A stretch of DNA of 51,081 nucleotides from a bacterium (GTDB taxonomy: Bacteria; Patescibacteriota; Microgenomatia; Levybacterales; UBA12049), in contig JAUYMJ010000011.1 of NCBI GenBank assembly GCA_030698775.1, positions 1 through 51,081 on the forward strand. Reading direction: 5' to 3'. The notes beneath the pieces were generated by a model that saw only the letters and a list, made by a program, of their open reading frames with translations, searched no databases and had not been told where the DNA came from. Shown in pieces: positions 7,961-18,292 of this stretch. The translations under genes were made by a program, and so were the position numbers. How positions within the stretch are numbered: position 1 is the first letter of the stretch; every line of letters starts with the position of its first letter.

Positions 7961-9598
7961 ATGAATTCCTGGAAAAAGTACCTTCTCATCCTTCTTCTTT
8001 CATCTTTCCCCCTCGTCCACATGTTTTTGACACCCGACCTTCCCCACACAAGTGACGGTGCAATGCATACCATCAGGTTTGCTTCGTATTATAAAGAATT
8101 GGTCGCCGGACAATTTCCCGTGAGATGGGCGAGTCAGTTCGATTATGGATACGGCACCCCTATATTTAATTTTTTTGCTCCGCTTCCGTATATGCTTGGA
8201 GTTCCTTTCATCGTGTTCGGAGTTCCTCTTGTAATGGTCCTGAAGCTTAATTTTGCACTCTCTTACCTTCTCGCCGGTATATGTATGTACCTTTTTGCGA
8301 AATCCTACTTCAAAGACGAAAAAGTCGCGATATTTGTTACCCTCATGTACCAGTATGCGCCGTTCCGGCTGGTAGATATGCTCGTTCGGGGAAGCTTGGG
8401 GAGCCTTTACTCGTATACAATGCTGCCGCTTCTTTTTTATGCCATTACGAAATTTATTGAGAAAAAAACATATGCGTATTTTGTGTTGATCGCTCTTGCA
8501 ACTGGCCTTCTTTCGATGAGCCACAATATTGTCGGATTTGTGTTCTTCGGGATAAGCGTCCTTTATATTCCGTTTGCGACGAGGAAAATCCGTGAGATTG
8601 TTTCGGTGTATCTGGCAATGGGACTTGGCTTAACGTTAGCCGGTTTTTTTCTCATCCCGGCGATCCTGGAGCATAAGTATGTCAACGGATATCTTTTCAC
8701 CAAGGACCTTTTTTATGACCATTTCCCGCCTCTTTATAAACTGATTCTTCCAAACATCACGAATGATGTTTCACTCCGTGTCGCTGAGGTTTCTGTTCAG
8801 ATCGGGATCTTTCATTTGATTGCGTTTGGTATACTTTTCTTTCTTTTTGTTAGGAGACGTCTCACGGGGAGCAGTAAACATCCGGTACTCTATCTTCTTC
8901 TTATCTCCTTTCTGACATTTCTTTTTATAGAACCTATTACGAAACCTCTTTGGGAAAATATTTCAGTGATCAGGCAGTTTCAGTATCCATGGAGGCTCCT
9001 TTCTATTATTTGCTTCACATCTGCTTTTGCGTCTGCATTTGTTATCATCAAATATCCAATTCTCCAAAAGAAAACTGTGTATTTTGTCCTCTCCGGGCTT
9101 GTCATATTCTCAACGGTTGTTTATTGGGCGCCATACCAAGGTTATCAAAAGGTTAGTCAGGAAGCGTTTTGGAATTATCCGAAGTCAACAAATTATTTTG
9201 CAGAGGTCAATACCATCTGGATGGCTGATGAGCCAAGAGCGTTTCCAAAAAACAGAATTGAAATCATTGCGGGTGATGCGAGTGTTTCAGATATTAAGAT
9301 AGCACAAACAACACATTCGTTTTTGGTTAATGCAAGGGAGCCCTCAACCGTCCTTGACAGGACGTATTTTTTCCCCGGGTGGAGAGTTCTCGTTGATTCG
9401 GCAGAAGTACCTATGCAGTTCCAAGATCAGAACTACAGGGGCTTGATCACATTTGCTGTTCCTCAAGGAAATCATAAGGTCACTGTTTTTAAAGGTGAAA
9501 ACAAGCTTGAGATAATTAGTGACGGCATTAGTATTGCAACAGGTATCGTTTTGATCGGTGGCTGGTTTTTCTTCCAGAAAAAACAAAAAATCGTATGA
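7961..9598 (+). CDS. PTPS-related-domain polytopic membrane protein (PF10131-like), paralog A
   Basis: DGAMHTIRFASYYKELVAGQFPVRW...YGYGTPIFNFFAPLPYMLG. It has more than 10 hydrophobic segments and the C-terminal FPGW...VPQGNHKVTVF module. It is a paralog of 30718 and 32285. Confidence 0.75.
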   Translation: MNSWKKYLLILLLSSFPLVHMFLTPDLPHTSDGAMHTIRFASYYKELVAGQFPVRWASQFDYGYGTPIFNFFAPLPYMLGVPFIVFGVPLVMVLKLNFALSYLLAGICMYLFAKSYFKDEKVAIFVTLMYQYAPFRLVDMLVRGSLGSLYSYTMLPLLFYAITKFIEKKTYAYFVLIALATGLLSMSHNIVGFVFFGISVLYIPFATRKIREIVSVYLAMGLGLTLAGFFLIPAILEHKYVNGYLFTKDLFYDHFPPLYKLILPNITNDVSLRVAEVSVQIGIFHLIAFGILFFLFVRRRLTGSSKHPVLYLLLISFLTFLFIEPITKPLWENISVIRQFQYPWRLLSIICFTSAFASAFVIIKYPILQKKTVYFVLSGLVIFSTVVYWAPYQGYQKVSQEAFWNYPKSTNYFAEVNTIWMADEPRAFPKNRIEIIAGDASVSDIKIAQTTHSFLVNAREPSTVLDRTYFFPGWRVLVDSAEVPMQFQDQNYRGLITFAVPQGNHKVTVFKGENKLEIISDGISIATGIVLIGGWFFFQKKQKIV

Positions 9599-11973
9599 TT
9601 GAGAATCTTCGTCGTTTTCTTCCCGTTTTTCTCGTAATTAGTGTTGTCACTGCCATTTTTTTCTCACCGGTTTTTTTGAAAGGAAAGATTCCTTTTCCGG
9701 GAGATCTTCTTCTCGCACAATATCAGCCTTGGCGGTCAACATCTTTTAGCGGGATTGCACCAGGTGCTGTTCCGAATAAGGCCCAGTACTTCGATACGCT
9801 GCGTCAGCTCTACCCTTGGAAGACGTTTGCTATTCAGGAGATAAAGCAGGGAAGATTCCCTCTCTGGAATCCTCATAATTTTTCAGGAACACCTCTTTTC
9901 GCAAATTTCCAATCTGCAATTCTCTATCCTCTTAACATTTTGTATCTTCTGTTGTCGCAGGTGAACGCATGGACAATCATTGTCATGCTGCAACCTTTTC
10001 TCTCGATGATTGCTGTTTTTCTTCTCTCCCGCAAATATAAGATTTCTAACTCAGGAGCAATGCTTGCATCAGTATCGTATGCATTTTGTCTCTACATGAC
10101 GAGTTTTCTTGAATATAACATTATGGGCCATTTTATGTACCTTGTCCCTTTTTCAATGCTGATTGTTGAGTATGCGTTGGCAAAAAAGTCATGGGCGTAT
10201 CCAATTCTTTCACTTCTTATCGCACTTTCTGGTTTTGCCGGTCACGCGCAACTCTTCGCCGGAACGGTTTTGTATCTTGTTTTGTACACTTTTCTCAGAA
10301 ACTTCCAAAGTGTGACAAGATTTCGAAGCGTTCTTAGAGCATATGCCGTTTTTCTTTTCTTCCTTATTCTTGGTGTTGGTATTGCTTCGGTGCAACTCCT
10401 CCCGGGAGTTGAACTTATCAACCATGCCGCAAGGTCATCGCATCCGTCAGCGTATTTTTTTACGAACCTTCTTATCCGCCCGTCGCAATTTATCCTGTAT
10501 TTAATTCCTGATCTTTTCGGAAATCCCGCAGCCAAAAACTATTTACTCCCTTTTTCCTATCCGTCTAAGGCTTTGTATGTAGGGATGAGCGCCTTTTTCC
10601 TTGCGATCCTTGCGATTGTTTCCCGTACATCAAGTCCTGTAAAAAAAACTATCCTTCTGACCACTGTCGTAGTTGGTTTGGGCGTATTCCTCAATCCAGT
10701 CTCAATGGTTTATGCATTGAACATTCCTTTTTTCTCCTCAAGTTCCCCAAGTAATTTTATCTTTTTTATTTCTTTAGGATTGTGTTTACTTGCTGGTTTT
10801 GGACTTGATAGCGTGCAGCAAAGCGTAAAAAAAACGCTCGTAGTACTTTCCGGAATATGGTCTGTGATGGTTGTGTGGATAGCAGTACTTTTCCTTTCAC
10901 GAACCCCTGTCGTGAACAACAACATTATCTATTCATTCCTCATTCTCGCATTGTTGACTGGTGGTGTCTTGTTGCGTCTCAAAATAAAAAAATTCTCAAT
11001 GATGACCGGTTTTTTTGTGCTTCTTTCGGTGTTTGACCTCTTGTATTTTTTCAATAAATTCAACTCCTTTGTCCCCGCGTCTTACGTATACCCCAACACT
11101 CCGATCGGTGAATATCTTTCATCACAGACTGGTATAGAAAGGAGCTGGGGATATAGCTATGCTGGCATCGAAGCGAATTTTGCGACGCAGCTTGGTATGT
11201 ATTCTCCTGACGGATACGACCCTCTCTATCCGAAAGAGTACGGACAGCTTATTCAGACATCGAAAGATGGCAAAATTCCGTTAGATTTCACTGATCAGAC
11301 AAGATCCGATGCGGTCATTCCGGGCGGGTTTGGAAAAACAGATATGGCTGATAATCCCTATCGTCTGCGGCTCCTCTCACTTCTTGGGGTAAAATACATT
11401 CTTGATAAAGTAGAGAATGGTTCAACGGCAGAAACATTTCCGCCTGAAATATTTGACAAGACTTCCACAATTGATGATTTTTCTGTCTTTACCTATAAGG
11501 AGGCGGCACCACGTTTTTTTCTCACCTCAAATTATGAAATATACTCCTCGGATGATGAATTAACGAAAAAACTTTATGCGAAAACGTTTGACCCGAGACA
11601 AACTGTTCTTCTTGACGAAATTCCTTCATTTCCAACACACAGAAACAAGGAGAGAAAGATAGCCAAACTTATTTCCTACAACCCCCGTTTTGTGACTATT
11701 CAAACTGAGACAAATGATTCCTCCCTTTTGTATCTATCGGATACATACTATCCGGGATGGAATGCATTTATTGATCAAAGACCGGTGAAGATATATCAGG
11801 CAAATTATGCATTCCGGGCCGTAGAAGTGCCTGCAGGACGCCATACCGTCACGTTTACCTATGAGCCAAAGTCGTTTTTATCTGGACTTTTTCTGAGTAT
11901 TGTGAGTATCATAATTCCGATGTACGGATGTGTGATTATGGTTTTTTCACGTAAGAAATCACGATTACAATGA
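9595..11973 (+). CDS. YfhO family membrane protein (putative extracytoplasmic glycosyltransferase), paralog 1
   Basis: FPGDLLLAQYQPWR, LWNPHNFSGTPLFANFQSAILYPLN, and C-terminal YYPGWNAFIDQRPV...VPAGRHTVTFTYEP. It has an ATGA overlap with the upstream gene. Confidence 0.8.
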   Translation: MIENLRRFLPVFLVISVVTAIFFSPVFLKGKIPFPGDLLLAQYQPWRSTSFSGIAPGAVPNKAQYFDTLRQLYPWKTFAIQEIKQGRFPLWNPHNFSGTPLFANFQSAILYPLNILYLLLSQVNAWTIIVMLQPFLSMIAVFLLSRKYKISNSGAMLASVSYAFCLYMTSFLEYNIMGHFMYLVPFSMLIVEYALAKKSWAYPILSLLIALSGFAGHAQLFAGTVLYLVLYTFLRNFQSVTRFRSVLRAYAVFLFFLILGVGIASVQLLPGVELINHAARSSHPSAYFFTNLLIRPSQFILYLIPDLFGNPAAKNYLLPFSYPSKALYVGMSAFFLAILAIVSRTSSPVKKTILLTTVVVGLGVFLNPVSMVYALNIPFFSSSSPSNFIFFISLGLCLLAGFGLDSVQQSVKKTLVVLSGIWSVMVVWIAVLFLSRTPVVNNNIIYSFLILALLTGGVLLRLKIKKFSMMTGFFVLLSVFDLLYFFNKFNSFVPASYVYPNTPIGEYLSSQTGIERSWGYSYAGIEANFATQLGMYSPDGYDPLYPKEYGQLIQTSKDGKIPLDFTDQTRSDAVIPGGFGKTDMADNPYRLRLLSLLGVKYILDKVENGSTAETFPPEIFDKTSTIDDFSVFTYKEAAPRFFLTSNYEIYSSDDELTKKLYAKTFDPRQTVLLDEIPSFPTHRNKERKIAKLISYNPRFVTIQTETNDSSLLYLSDTYYPGWNAFIDQRPVKIYQANYAFRAVEVPAGRHTVTFTYEPKSFLSGLFLSIVSIIIPMYGCVIMVFSRKKSRLQ

Positions 11974-13709
11974 AGCCCCACACAAAAAAAATTCTTCTAC
12001 TCCTGTTTATTTTTTCGGTTGCACTTATTCTGCGCTTTTACAAGCTTGGCGTCATACCGGACGGATTGCAGCAGGATGAATCATCGATTGGGTACAACGC
12101 ATATAGCATCCTTTTGACCGGAAAAGACGAACATGGAGTATTTCTTCCGCAAAATTTCCAGGCATTTGGTGAATATAAATTGCCGGGTTATATCTATGCT
12201 TCGGTTGTTCCGATTGCAGTTTTCGGACTGAACCCTTTTGCAATTCGCTTCGTTTCTGCAGTGTCGGGATTTCTGTCGGTTGTTGTCGTATTTTTTCTCA
12301 CAAAGACATTGATTCATTTTTTTCGTCGCGATCCAACTGTAAACGAGTCAAGGCTTGAGGAATATCTTCCCTACATCACGGCATTTTTGGTAGCAATTAA
12401 TCCGTCCCACCTGCAATTCTCACGAGCAGCGTTTGAAGTAATGCTTGCCAATTTTTTGATCCTCAGCGCAGTCCTCCTTTTCCTAAAAGGAGTCAAAAAG
12501 TCGGGAAGATTCATTTTTTTCTTCTCTGCTGTTTTTTTCTCCCTGTCGATATACACCTACAACATTGCCCGCATTTTTGTTCCGCTGTTGGTCATAGCGC
12601 TTTTTATCGTTTTCTGGAAAGATTTTTTTTCGCGGAGAAAAAGTTCACTTTTCATTTTCGCTTTGGCGTTTCTCATCTGTCTTGTCCCTTTTGCTGTTGG
12701 AGTACTGACTAAGGGCGGGGCTGATTCGACCATCGGGACGCTCATTTTCTCAAGCGCTAAAGTGCAGGCACCTCTTCTGGAGTTTCGGAGTTATTTTATT
12801 GATGTTCCTACGATACTGAATAAATTACTTTTCAACTCCTGGATTTTGACATTTTGGCAGTATCTTCAAAATGTCGCTGCAAATCTTTCCATACCATTTT
12901 TTTTCATCAAAGGATCTGGGAACGGGATCGATGGAATCGGCACGACAGGGCAGTGGTATCTTTTCGAACTTCCTCTCGTGGTTTTTGGACTGTTCCGCCT
13001 ATGGAAAGAAAAGAGTAAAGGAGCAACAATCGTCCTTTTCTGGATACTTTCACTTGTATTCATTTCCGGGTTCACGAGGGAACCTCCGCAAGCGACAAGA
13101 ACGTTTTTTCTCATTTTTCCTGTCACACTTTGTTCAGGGCTTGGTCTGCTTCAGGTAGTCAGACGTATAATAGCGATGAGGAATAACTATCTGCAACGTG
13201 TAGTAACAGGAGTTTCAGTAGCCGTTGTGGTTTATTTTGTTTTTCTTTATTTTGCCTCCTACTATTATCGATTCCCGATTTACTTTGCTAAAAACTGGAG
13301 GACGGGAGACAGGGATGTCGCTTTATTTATTAAGGCTCAGCAGGGTAACTATGACAAGATTCTCATTGATGAGAAATCGGGGTTTATGTATACCTCACTG
13401 CTCACCTATCTTCCGTTGTCTCCTCTTGAGTTTCAAAAGAGCGCTTTGTGGAAGAAGGAAGATTCGGAAGGCTTTACCCACCCTGTATCGTTTGGGAAAT
13501 ACTTAATAAAAGATATTGACTGGACGAAAGACCTGACTCCCAAAACACTTATCGTGACGACTGTGAGCAATAAACCTGTGGAGATGGAAACAGTAGAGAC
13601 GATCTCTTATCCACTGCGTCCGGTCGTCATCAATGTCGGCCAGGAAATCATGCAGTTTCCGACAAAAGATGATGCGTATGTCCTGGTCGATACGGAAAAC
13701 TTACACTAG
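11970..13709 (+). CDS. GT39/ArnT-like (PMT_2-type) membrane glycosyltransferase
   Basis: DESSIGYNAYSILLTGKDEHG in the first loop (the Asp-Glu motif region of GT-C enzymes). It is polytopic, has an ATGA overlap, and is a paralog of 13725..15407. Confidence 0.75.
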   Translation: MKPHTKKILLLLFIFSVALILRFYKLGVIPDGLQQDESSIGYNAYSILLTGKDEHGVFLPQNFQAFGEYKLPGYIYASVVPIAVFGLNPFAIRFVSAVSGFLSVVVVFFLTKTLIHFFRRDPTVNESRLEEYLPYITAFLVAINPSHLQFSRAAFEVMLANFLILSAVLLFLKGVKKSGRFIFFFSAVFFSLSIYTYNIARIFVPLLVIALFIVFWKDFFSRRKSSLFIFALAFLICLVPFAVGVLTKGGADSTIGTLIFSSAKVQAPLLEFRSYFIDVPTILNKLLFNSWILTFWQYLQNVAANLSIPFFFIKGSGNGIDGIGTTGQWYLFELPLVVFGLFRLWKEKSKGATIVLFWILSLVFISGFTREPPQATRTFFLIFPVTLCSGLGLLQVVRRIIAMRNNYLQRVVTGVSVAVVVYFVFLYFASYYYRFPIYFAKNWRTGDRDVALFIKAQQGNYDKILIDEKSGFMYTSLLTYLPLSPLEFQKSALWKKEDSEGFTHPVSFGKYLIKDIDWTKDLTPKTLIVTTVSNKPVEMETVETISYPLRPVVINVGQEIMQFPTKDDAYVLVDTENLH

Positions 13710-13724
13710 CCTGCGTGAAGAGAG

Positions 13725-15407
13725 TCATTTTTTCGGAAGAAGCCAAGGGTTTTTTGCAGTGTCAACAAGTATAAAAATGGGATTGTTTTTCGGGTCTTTG
13801 ATCGTGTAGGTTATTTTCGTTGTTTTTGGGAATTCGGATTTAGCCCCGGCAAGAAGGATATGCGGAACAGGGATTTTATAGTCTTTTGATGTCAGGCTGA
13901 TTGACGGGAGGAAATATATTTTTCCTATTCTCGTTACTCTTGTCCATCCTCCATTCTCCTGCACCTTCTCAATGTCCTCACTTTTTTGGAAGAGAGCAGG
14001 ATCGTACTTCGTGTAGAATAAATAATAGACGTATTGCTTCGTGTCATTGACTGCGCTTGAAATAACAAGTTTGTCAAATTTATCGTGATTTGTTACGAGG
14101 TAGTCAATTAACTGTTTATATCCATAATGTGACGATGTCGCGAAGAATCTGGGAAAGTATGTCGTGTAGACGAGAAAAAATGCAACGACCTCAAAACAGA
14201 AGATTGCAAAAATTGGGCCGAATACGAGCATTCTTCGTTTTTTCACAAGGGTCCATATCTCGTAGATGCAAAATGCGCTTACCAGCTGGATCGCGGGGAT
14301 GATGGGAAGATACCGCGAGTAGTGACCCGCACCGGTCAAGCTGTCAGGAAGCGGGGAGAGAAAAATCCACAACAGGAGAAACCAGTCCTCCCTCTGTCTT
14401 CTCCTAAGGAGTAGGATAACGCCTGCAATAAAAAGCAGATATTCGGTTGTGAGAAGAAGCCCCCTGGGAGGAAGGACAGAGTATTGTGTTGGTGTACCGT
14501 TTTTCATCAGTAAGTCGGGGGAGAAGTGGTTGAGATAATTAAACGTAAATGCTGATACATAGGCGACGAATTTATTCTCAAATATCTGGCAGATACGGGG
14601 GTTGAATCTAGTCAGGCATTCACCACGCTTGTCATTTACGATATTTACAATCCCGATATCACTGGTGAGATTGACCTGACGTGATCTTGCCCTGGCTGTT
14701 GCGTTTCCACCGGTAACGAGGGGAAGGAGTAACACGAAGAAGAAAATCAAAGCAAAAACTCCCGACTTTTTCCGTAGGGAAAACTCCCGGCGGTAAAACC
14801 AAAAGAGAAGAAGGACAAGAAGCGGGGAAAGGATAATATACGAAGGATATGTGTAGACCGTTACTGCAAAAAGGAAGATTGCAGGGAAGAGAAAATATTG
14901 TTTCGTTCGCGCTGTAAGAAACAAGGTAAGCGCTGTGGTGATGAGAAACACACCGAATGTCGACTCTATCCCGGCCCTGCTCATTCCGATATGCCAAGGA
15001 TTAAATGCGACAAACCCCATAGCCACTATCCCGATTGCTGGTTTTCTCCAAAGTTGCATAGCGAGAAAATAGACAAGAAGGACTGTGAATGACCCCGCTA
15101 ACGCGGCAGGCAGCCGTACTGCGAATTCATTAAGGCCGAAAAGGGCAACTGATGGAATAACCATATATGTGTACACGGGCGGGCGATAGTCTCCAAAGCC
15201 AACAAGTGCTGTGCTTGGCTGATTATGCCCCCACTGGTCTTTTCCGGTTTTGAGGATAGAATAGGCGTCATAGCCTACATTTGCTTCGTCATTGGTGAGT
15301 CCTATCGGAATTTGACCAAGATGGGAAAGCCTAATGAATGAACCTGCGAAAAAAATAAGAATCAGGAGAATGAGGTGGCGTCCTGGAAGATCCTTGAAGA
15401 ACTGCAT
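13725..15407 (-). CDS. GT39/ArnT-like (PMT_2-type) membrane glycosyltransferase
   Basis: NDEANVGYDAYSILKTGKDQWG. It is polytopic and convergent with its paralog 11970..13709, with a 15-nt gap. Confidence 0.75.
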   Translation of the reverse strand: MQFFKDLPGRHLILLILIFFAGSFIRLSHLGQIPIGLTNDEANVGYDAYSILKTGKDQWGHNQPSTALVGFGDYRPPVYTYMVIPSVALFGLNEFAVRLPAALAGSFTVLLVYFLAMQLWRKPAIGIVAMGFVAFNPWHIGMSRAGIESTFGVFLITTALTLFLTARTKQYFLFPAIFLFAVTVYTYPSYIILSPLLVLLLFWFYRREFSLRKKSGVFALIFFFVLLLPLVTGGNATARARSRQVNLTSDIGIVNIVNDKRGECLTRFNPRICQIFENKFVAYVSAFTFNYLNHFSPDLLMKNGTPTQYSVLPPRGLLLTTEYLLFIAGVILLLRRRQREDWFLLLWIFLSPLPDSLTGAGHYSRYLPIIPAIQLVSAFCIYEIWTLVKKRRMLVFGPIFAIFCFEVVAFFLVYTTYFPRFFATSSHYGYKQLIDYLVTNHDKFDKLVISSAVNDTKQYVYYLFYTKYDPALFQKSEDIEKVQENGGWTRVTRIGKIYFLPSISLTSKDYKIPVPHILLAGAKSEFPKTTKITYTIKDPKNNPIFILVDTAKNPWLLPKK

Positions 15408-15467
15408 TAGAGAAAGTATAACAAATTTTTCAACGTCTGCTTTAAGTGTGAAGACTCGGGTGAGTCA

Positions 15468-16418
15468 TTAGGTTTTTAACAATTTTTTTGCCAATGGAAG
15501 ATACCCAAATGACGCAAGTTGCGGATTTGTCCTCGTACTTATTTCCCTGAGCTCTTTCCTGCTAAGTTCCCTGGCTGTTTCTATATTCGTTTTCTCATCG
15601 GCTTTTCTGATAGTTCCCCAAGGGTATACTTCGGTAAGTCGTTTCCCGTTCCAGCTGGGATAGAGGAGCGTATCGCTTTTTTGAAGCCCGGTTTGCGTCA
15701 GGAATTCATCCAGTGCGGCAATCGGACCTTTGATTATGTCTTCGTATCTGACTATAAAGAAGCGGTCAGGGTACAGTTCTTTATACCAGAGCGCATATAA
15801 TTGACAGAGGATCCATCCGGTTAGATAGTGGTCCATAGACAGCGGGACGGGCCGCTTTTTGGTCTCCGCGTAAGCTGAAAAAGGGTTCCTGACAACATGA
15901 AGGATGAAAGCCTCTCCGGGGAAGTCTTGCAGGATTTTACCGGAATCAACGCCTACGATCGGACTGTAACCCATGAAGTATTTTTCTTTACCACTTCTGT
16001 TGTAATTTTCCCAGGCGTGAAACGTCGCAACGAAAAACGCCTCGACAATCCTTTTTCTCGACAACGCTCTTTGAGCCAAAAATGCGACAAATTCACTCTT
16101 TCTACCTTTTTCTGAAAAAACAAAATCTGCATCTTTGAATTTACTTACATAGGGTGTTTTGGCAAGGATTTTGCATTCCTCATCGATAATCATCTCGTAC
16201 AGTTCATCTGGAGATGCGGAATTCGGAAAAATCGGCCAGCGGTATTTTTGTGGAAAGAGACTTGAGAGATGATCGTTGACGAATTTTGTCCCGATCTGTG
16301 ATTCAAATGGATACACATGTATTTCGTTATGCCCATCGAAAAGCCGATGCGTCGTATTCCCGCCGTTCTCATACATTGCGGAAATCATGATGAGCTTAAA
16401 GTTGTCTTTTTTTACCAT
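15468..16418 (-). CDS. sulfotransferase-like protein (tentative)
   Basis: The N-terminal ISAMYENGGNTTHRLF resembles a 5'-PSB P-loop-like motif, and HVVRNPFSAYAETKKR resembles the RxPxD-type 3'-PB motif. It appears soluble. Confidence 0.5.
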   Translation of the reverse strand: MVKKDNFKLIMISAMYENGGNTTHRLFDGHNEIHVYPFESQIGTKFVNDHLSSLFPQKYRWPIFPNSASPDELYEMIIDEECKILAKTPYVSKFKDADFVFSEKGRKSEFVAFLAQRALSRKRIVEAFFVATFHAWENYNRSGKEKYFMGYSPIVGVDSGKILQDFPGEAFILHVVRNPFSAYAETKKRPVPLSMDHYLTGWILCQLYALWYKELYPDRFFIVRYEDIIKGPIAALDEFLTQTGLQKSDTLLYPSWNGKRLTEVYPWGTIRKADEKTNIETARELSRKELREISTRTNPQLASFGYLPLAKKLLKT

Positions 16419-16424
16419 ACGCCA

Positions 16425-17603
16425 TTATACCTTATACCGATAGAAAAAATTTCTTGCCCTTTTTATATTTTTCATTCCCTTTTCATAGATGAATCCATCG
16501 GTACTATCTGATGACATAAAATCAATTGAAAATATCTGGTTTCCGTTCGGCCAGATGAGTGCTCCAAGAACTGTACCTGATTTTACATCGACTGCATGAA
16601 TACCGCACTGCTGACTGGCTGAGTGAATCCCCGGTGCATATTTTTTATATCTTGGTAAAACTCTTGACGTTCCGACAAAAAGTATATTATTAACAACGCA
16701 TAACCCCCTTGTCCATCCGGGAAGCCTGGTTACGCTTTGAAAACGATTGCCATCAATAACGCCGACTTCACCGTAGCCGCTATTGTCCACCCAAATAGTA
16801 TTTTTTACAAGCCTTGCGGAGTGAGGTCTGGTTAATCCTCTCGCGATTACCTCACGCGTTTTTCCTGAAAAAACTACCCCCTTTTTATCAACCGGATAAT
16901 TCAGATGTCCCGGTCTTCGTTTTGAGATTGTTTCACTAGATGCCGTAAAATACGAATTACGTAGTGTTTTACCTGGAGCTATTGAATTCAGCTGAATAAA
17001 ATTTGCTTTCGTATTTGGTGTACCGTCTTTTCTCTCAATACACCGGGGCCACCACACGAGCCTATCTGTTCTAGGTGACTCAAACTGCACATGCACGATA
17101 CCGTTTTGGCCAACCGAAACCGCGAAAAGTTTGTTTTGTATTATTGCCAAGTCATGAAAGTAGTGGGCACCACTGAAAAATTTTGTTCTTGTAGGAACAA
17201 GGTATTTTCCAGAAGCGTTTTGCGTAGCGTCGCTTCTTTCAAGAAGTGACGTGACAGGTTTCCATTCCCAAATTTGGTTCGGGTTTCGCGTGCTGACTAT
17301 ATATACTGTTTTGCTTTCCCTGTTTACTGTTAGACCTGATGGGTGTGGAAGGCTGATGAATGATTGGCGAAGAGCAGTCGATGTTGCGCGGAGTGCTATG
17401 ACGAGATGTTCATATTCCCTTGTTACAAAAAGAGTTATTTTTGCTTTCGATAAAATATCAGCGAATGAACCGGTTAACCGAAAGCGTAAGGATTCTTTGT
17501 CTACGTCCTTCCAAGCTGTTGTATCATATACAACCTGTGAAGGGTTTCTGTATAACCGGTTTTGTGCCTCCCAAAGAATTTCGGATTTGCTTCTGACAAT
17601 CAT
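16425..17603 (-). CDS. TIGR03032/DUF4915-like protein (uncharacterised, probable beta-propeller)
   Basis: LTRPHSARLVKNTIWVDNSGYGEVGVIDGNRFQSVTRLPGWTRGLCVVNNILFVGTSRV and CGIHAVDVKSGTVL match my recollection of conserved TIGR03032 motifs. I moved the start to the ATG at 17603, which forms an ATGA overlap with the upstream stop. Confidence 0.6.
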   Translation of the reverse strand: MIVRSKSEILWEAQNRLYRNPSQVVYDTTAWKDVDKESLRFRLTGSFADILSKAKITLFVTREYEHLVIALRATSTALRQSFISLPHPSGLTVNRESKTVYIVSTRNPNQIWEWKPVTSLLERSDATQNASGKYLVPTRTKFFSGAHYFHDLAIIQNKLFAVSVGQNGIVHVQFESPRTDRLVWWPRCIERKDGTPNTKANFIQLNSIAPGKTLRNSYFTASSETISKRRPGHLNYPVDKKGVVFSGKTREVIARGLTRPHSARLVKNTIWVDNSGYGEVGVIDGNRFQSVTRLPGWTRGLCVVNNILFVGTSRVLPRYKKYAPGIHSASQQCGIHAVDVKSGTVLGALIWPNGNQIFSIDFMSSDSTDGFIYEKGMKNIKRARNFFYRYKV

Positions 17604-18292
17604 AAACGTTTCTTTAATTCCAAAAGGCCAAGATACATCCTGAATGCAGACAGTAAATTCGTCGTGCTCTTTCCTCCTTTTCGCTTTGTAAAGAGCACGG
17701 GAACTTCGAGAATCGGTATGTGGTTCCTGAAGCATTTCACCATGAGTTCTGCATCAATGAGGTCGTTTTCAGAGTCTAAGGTAATCTTTTTAAGAAGATT
17801 TTTAGGAAACACTTTTGGTGTACCGTTTACATCCCATACTGGTGTTTTCAAGAGAAAGCGGTTTTCAAGATTATACAGAATGGAGCCAAATTTTCTCATC
17901 CAGCTTTCCCTTATAATCCGAGTCGCTTTCACAACAACATCTTTGTTATTTTTCGAATAGGAGAGCATTTGGAGGAGGTCGGCTACATTTGTCCGTGCAG
18001 AATTTGTATAACATATGTATCTCCCCTTAGCTTTGGAAATGCCAAATTTTACCGCCCGTCCCCATCCCGCTCTATCAAGATAGAAGGCCCTGATAAAATC
18101 CCTAGGTTTTGCAAACTCTACTAACCGCTTATATTCGTTTGATGCCGGCCCGTTTATGATAACTAAAAGCTCGTATTGCTTTGTGATTTTTTGCAGTCCT
18201 TTAATAAATTCTTGTAGCAGCGGTACGATATGTGACTCCTGTTTGTAGACAGGGAGAATTATTGAAAAAAGCAAGCCGTTTTTTTTACGCAT
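17600..18292 (-). CDS. GT2 family glycosyltransferase
   Basis: FSIILPVYKQESHIVPLL, an N-terminal GT-A beta1 motif. 230 aa. Confidence 0.7.
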   Translation of the reverse strand: MRKKNGLLFSIILPVYKQESHIVPLLQEFIKGLQKITKQYELLVIINGPASNEYKRLVEFAKPRDFIRAFYLDRAGWGRAVKFGISKAKGRYICYTNSARTNVADLLQMLSYSKNNKDVVVKATRIIRESWMRKFGSILYNLENRFLLKTPVWDVNGTPKVFPKNLLKKITLDSENDLIDAELMVKCFRNHIPILEVPVLFTKRKGGKSTTNLLSAFRMYLGLLELKKRL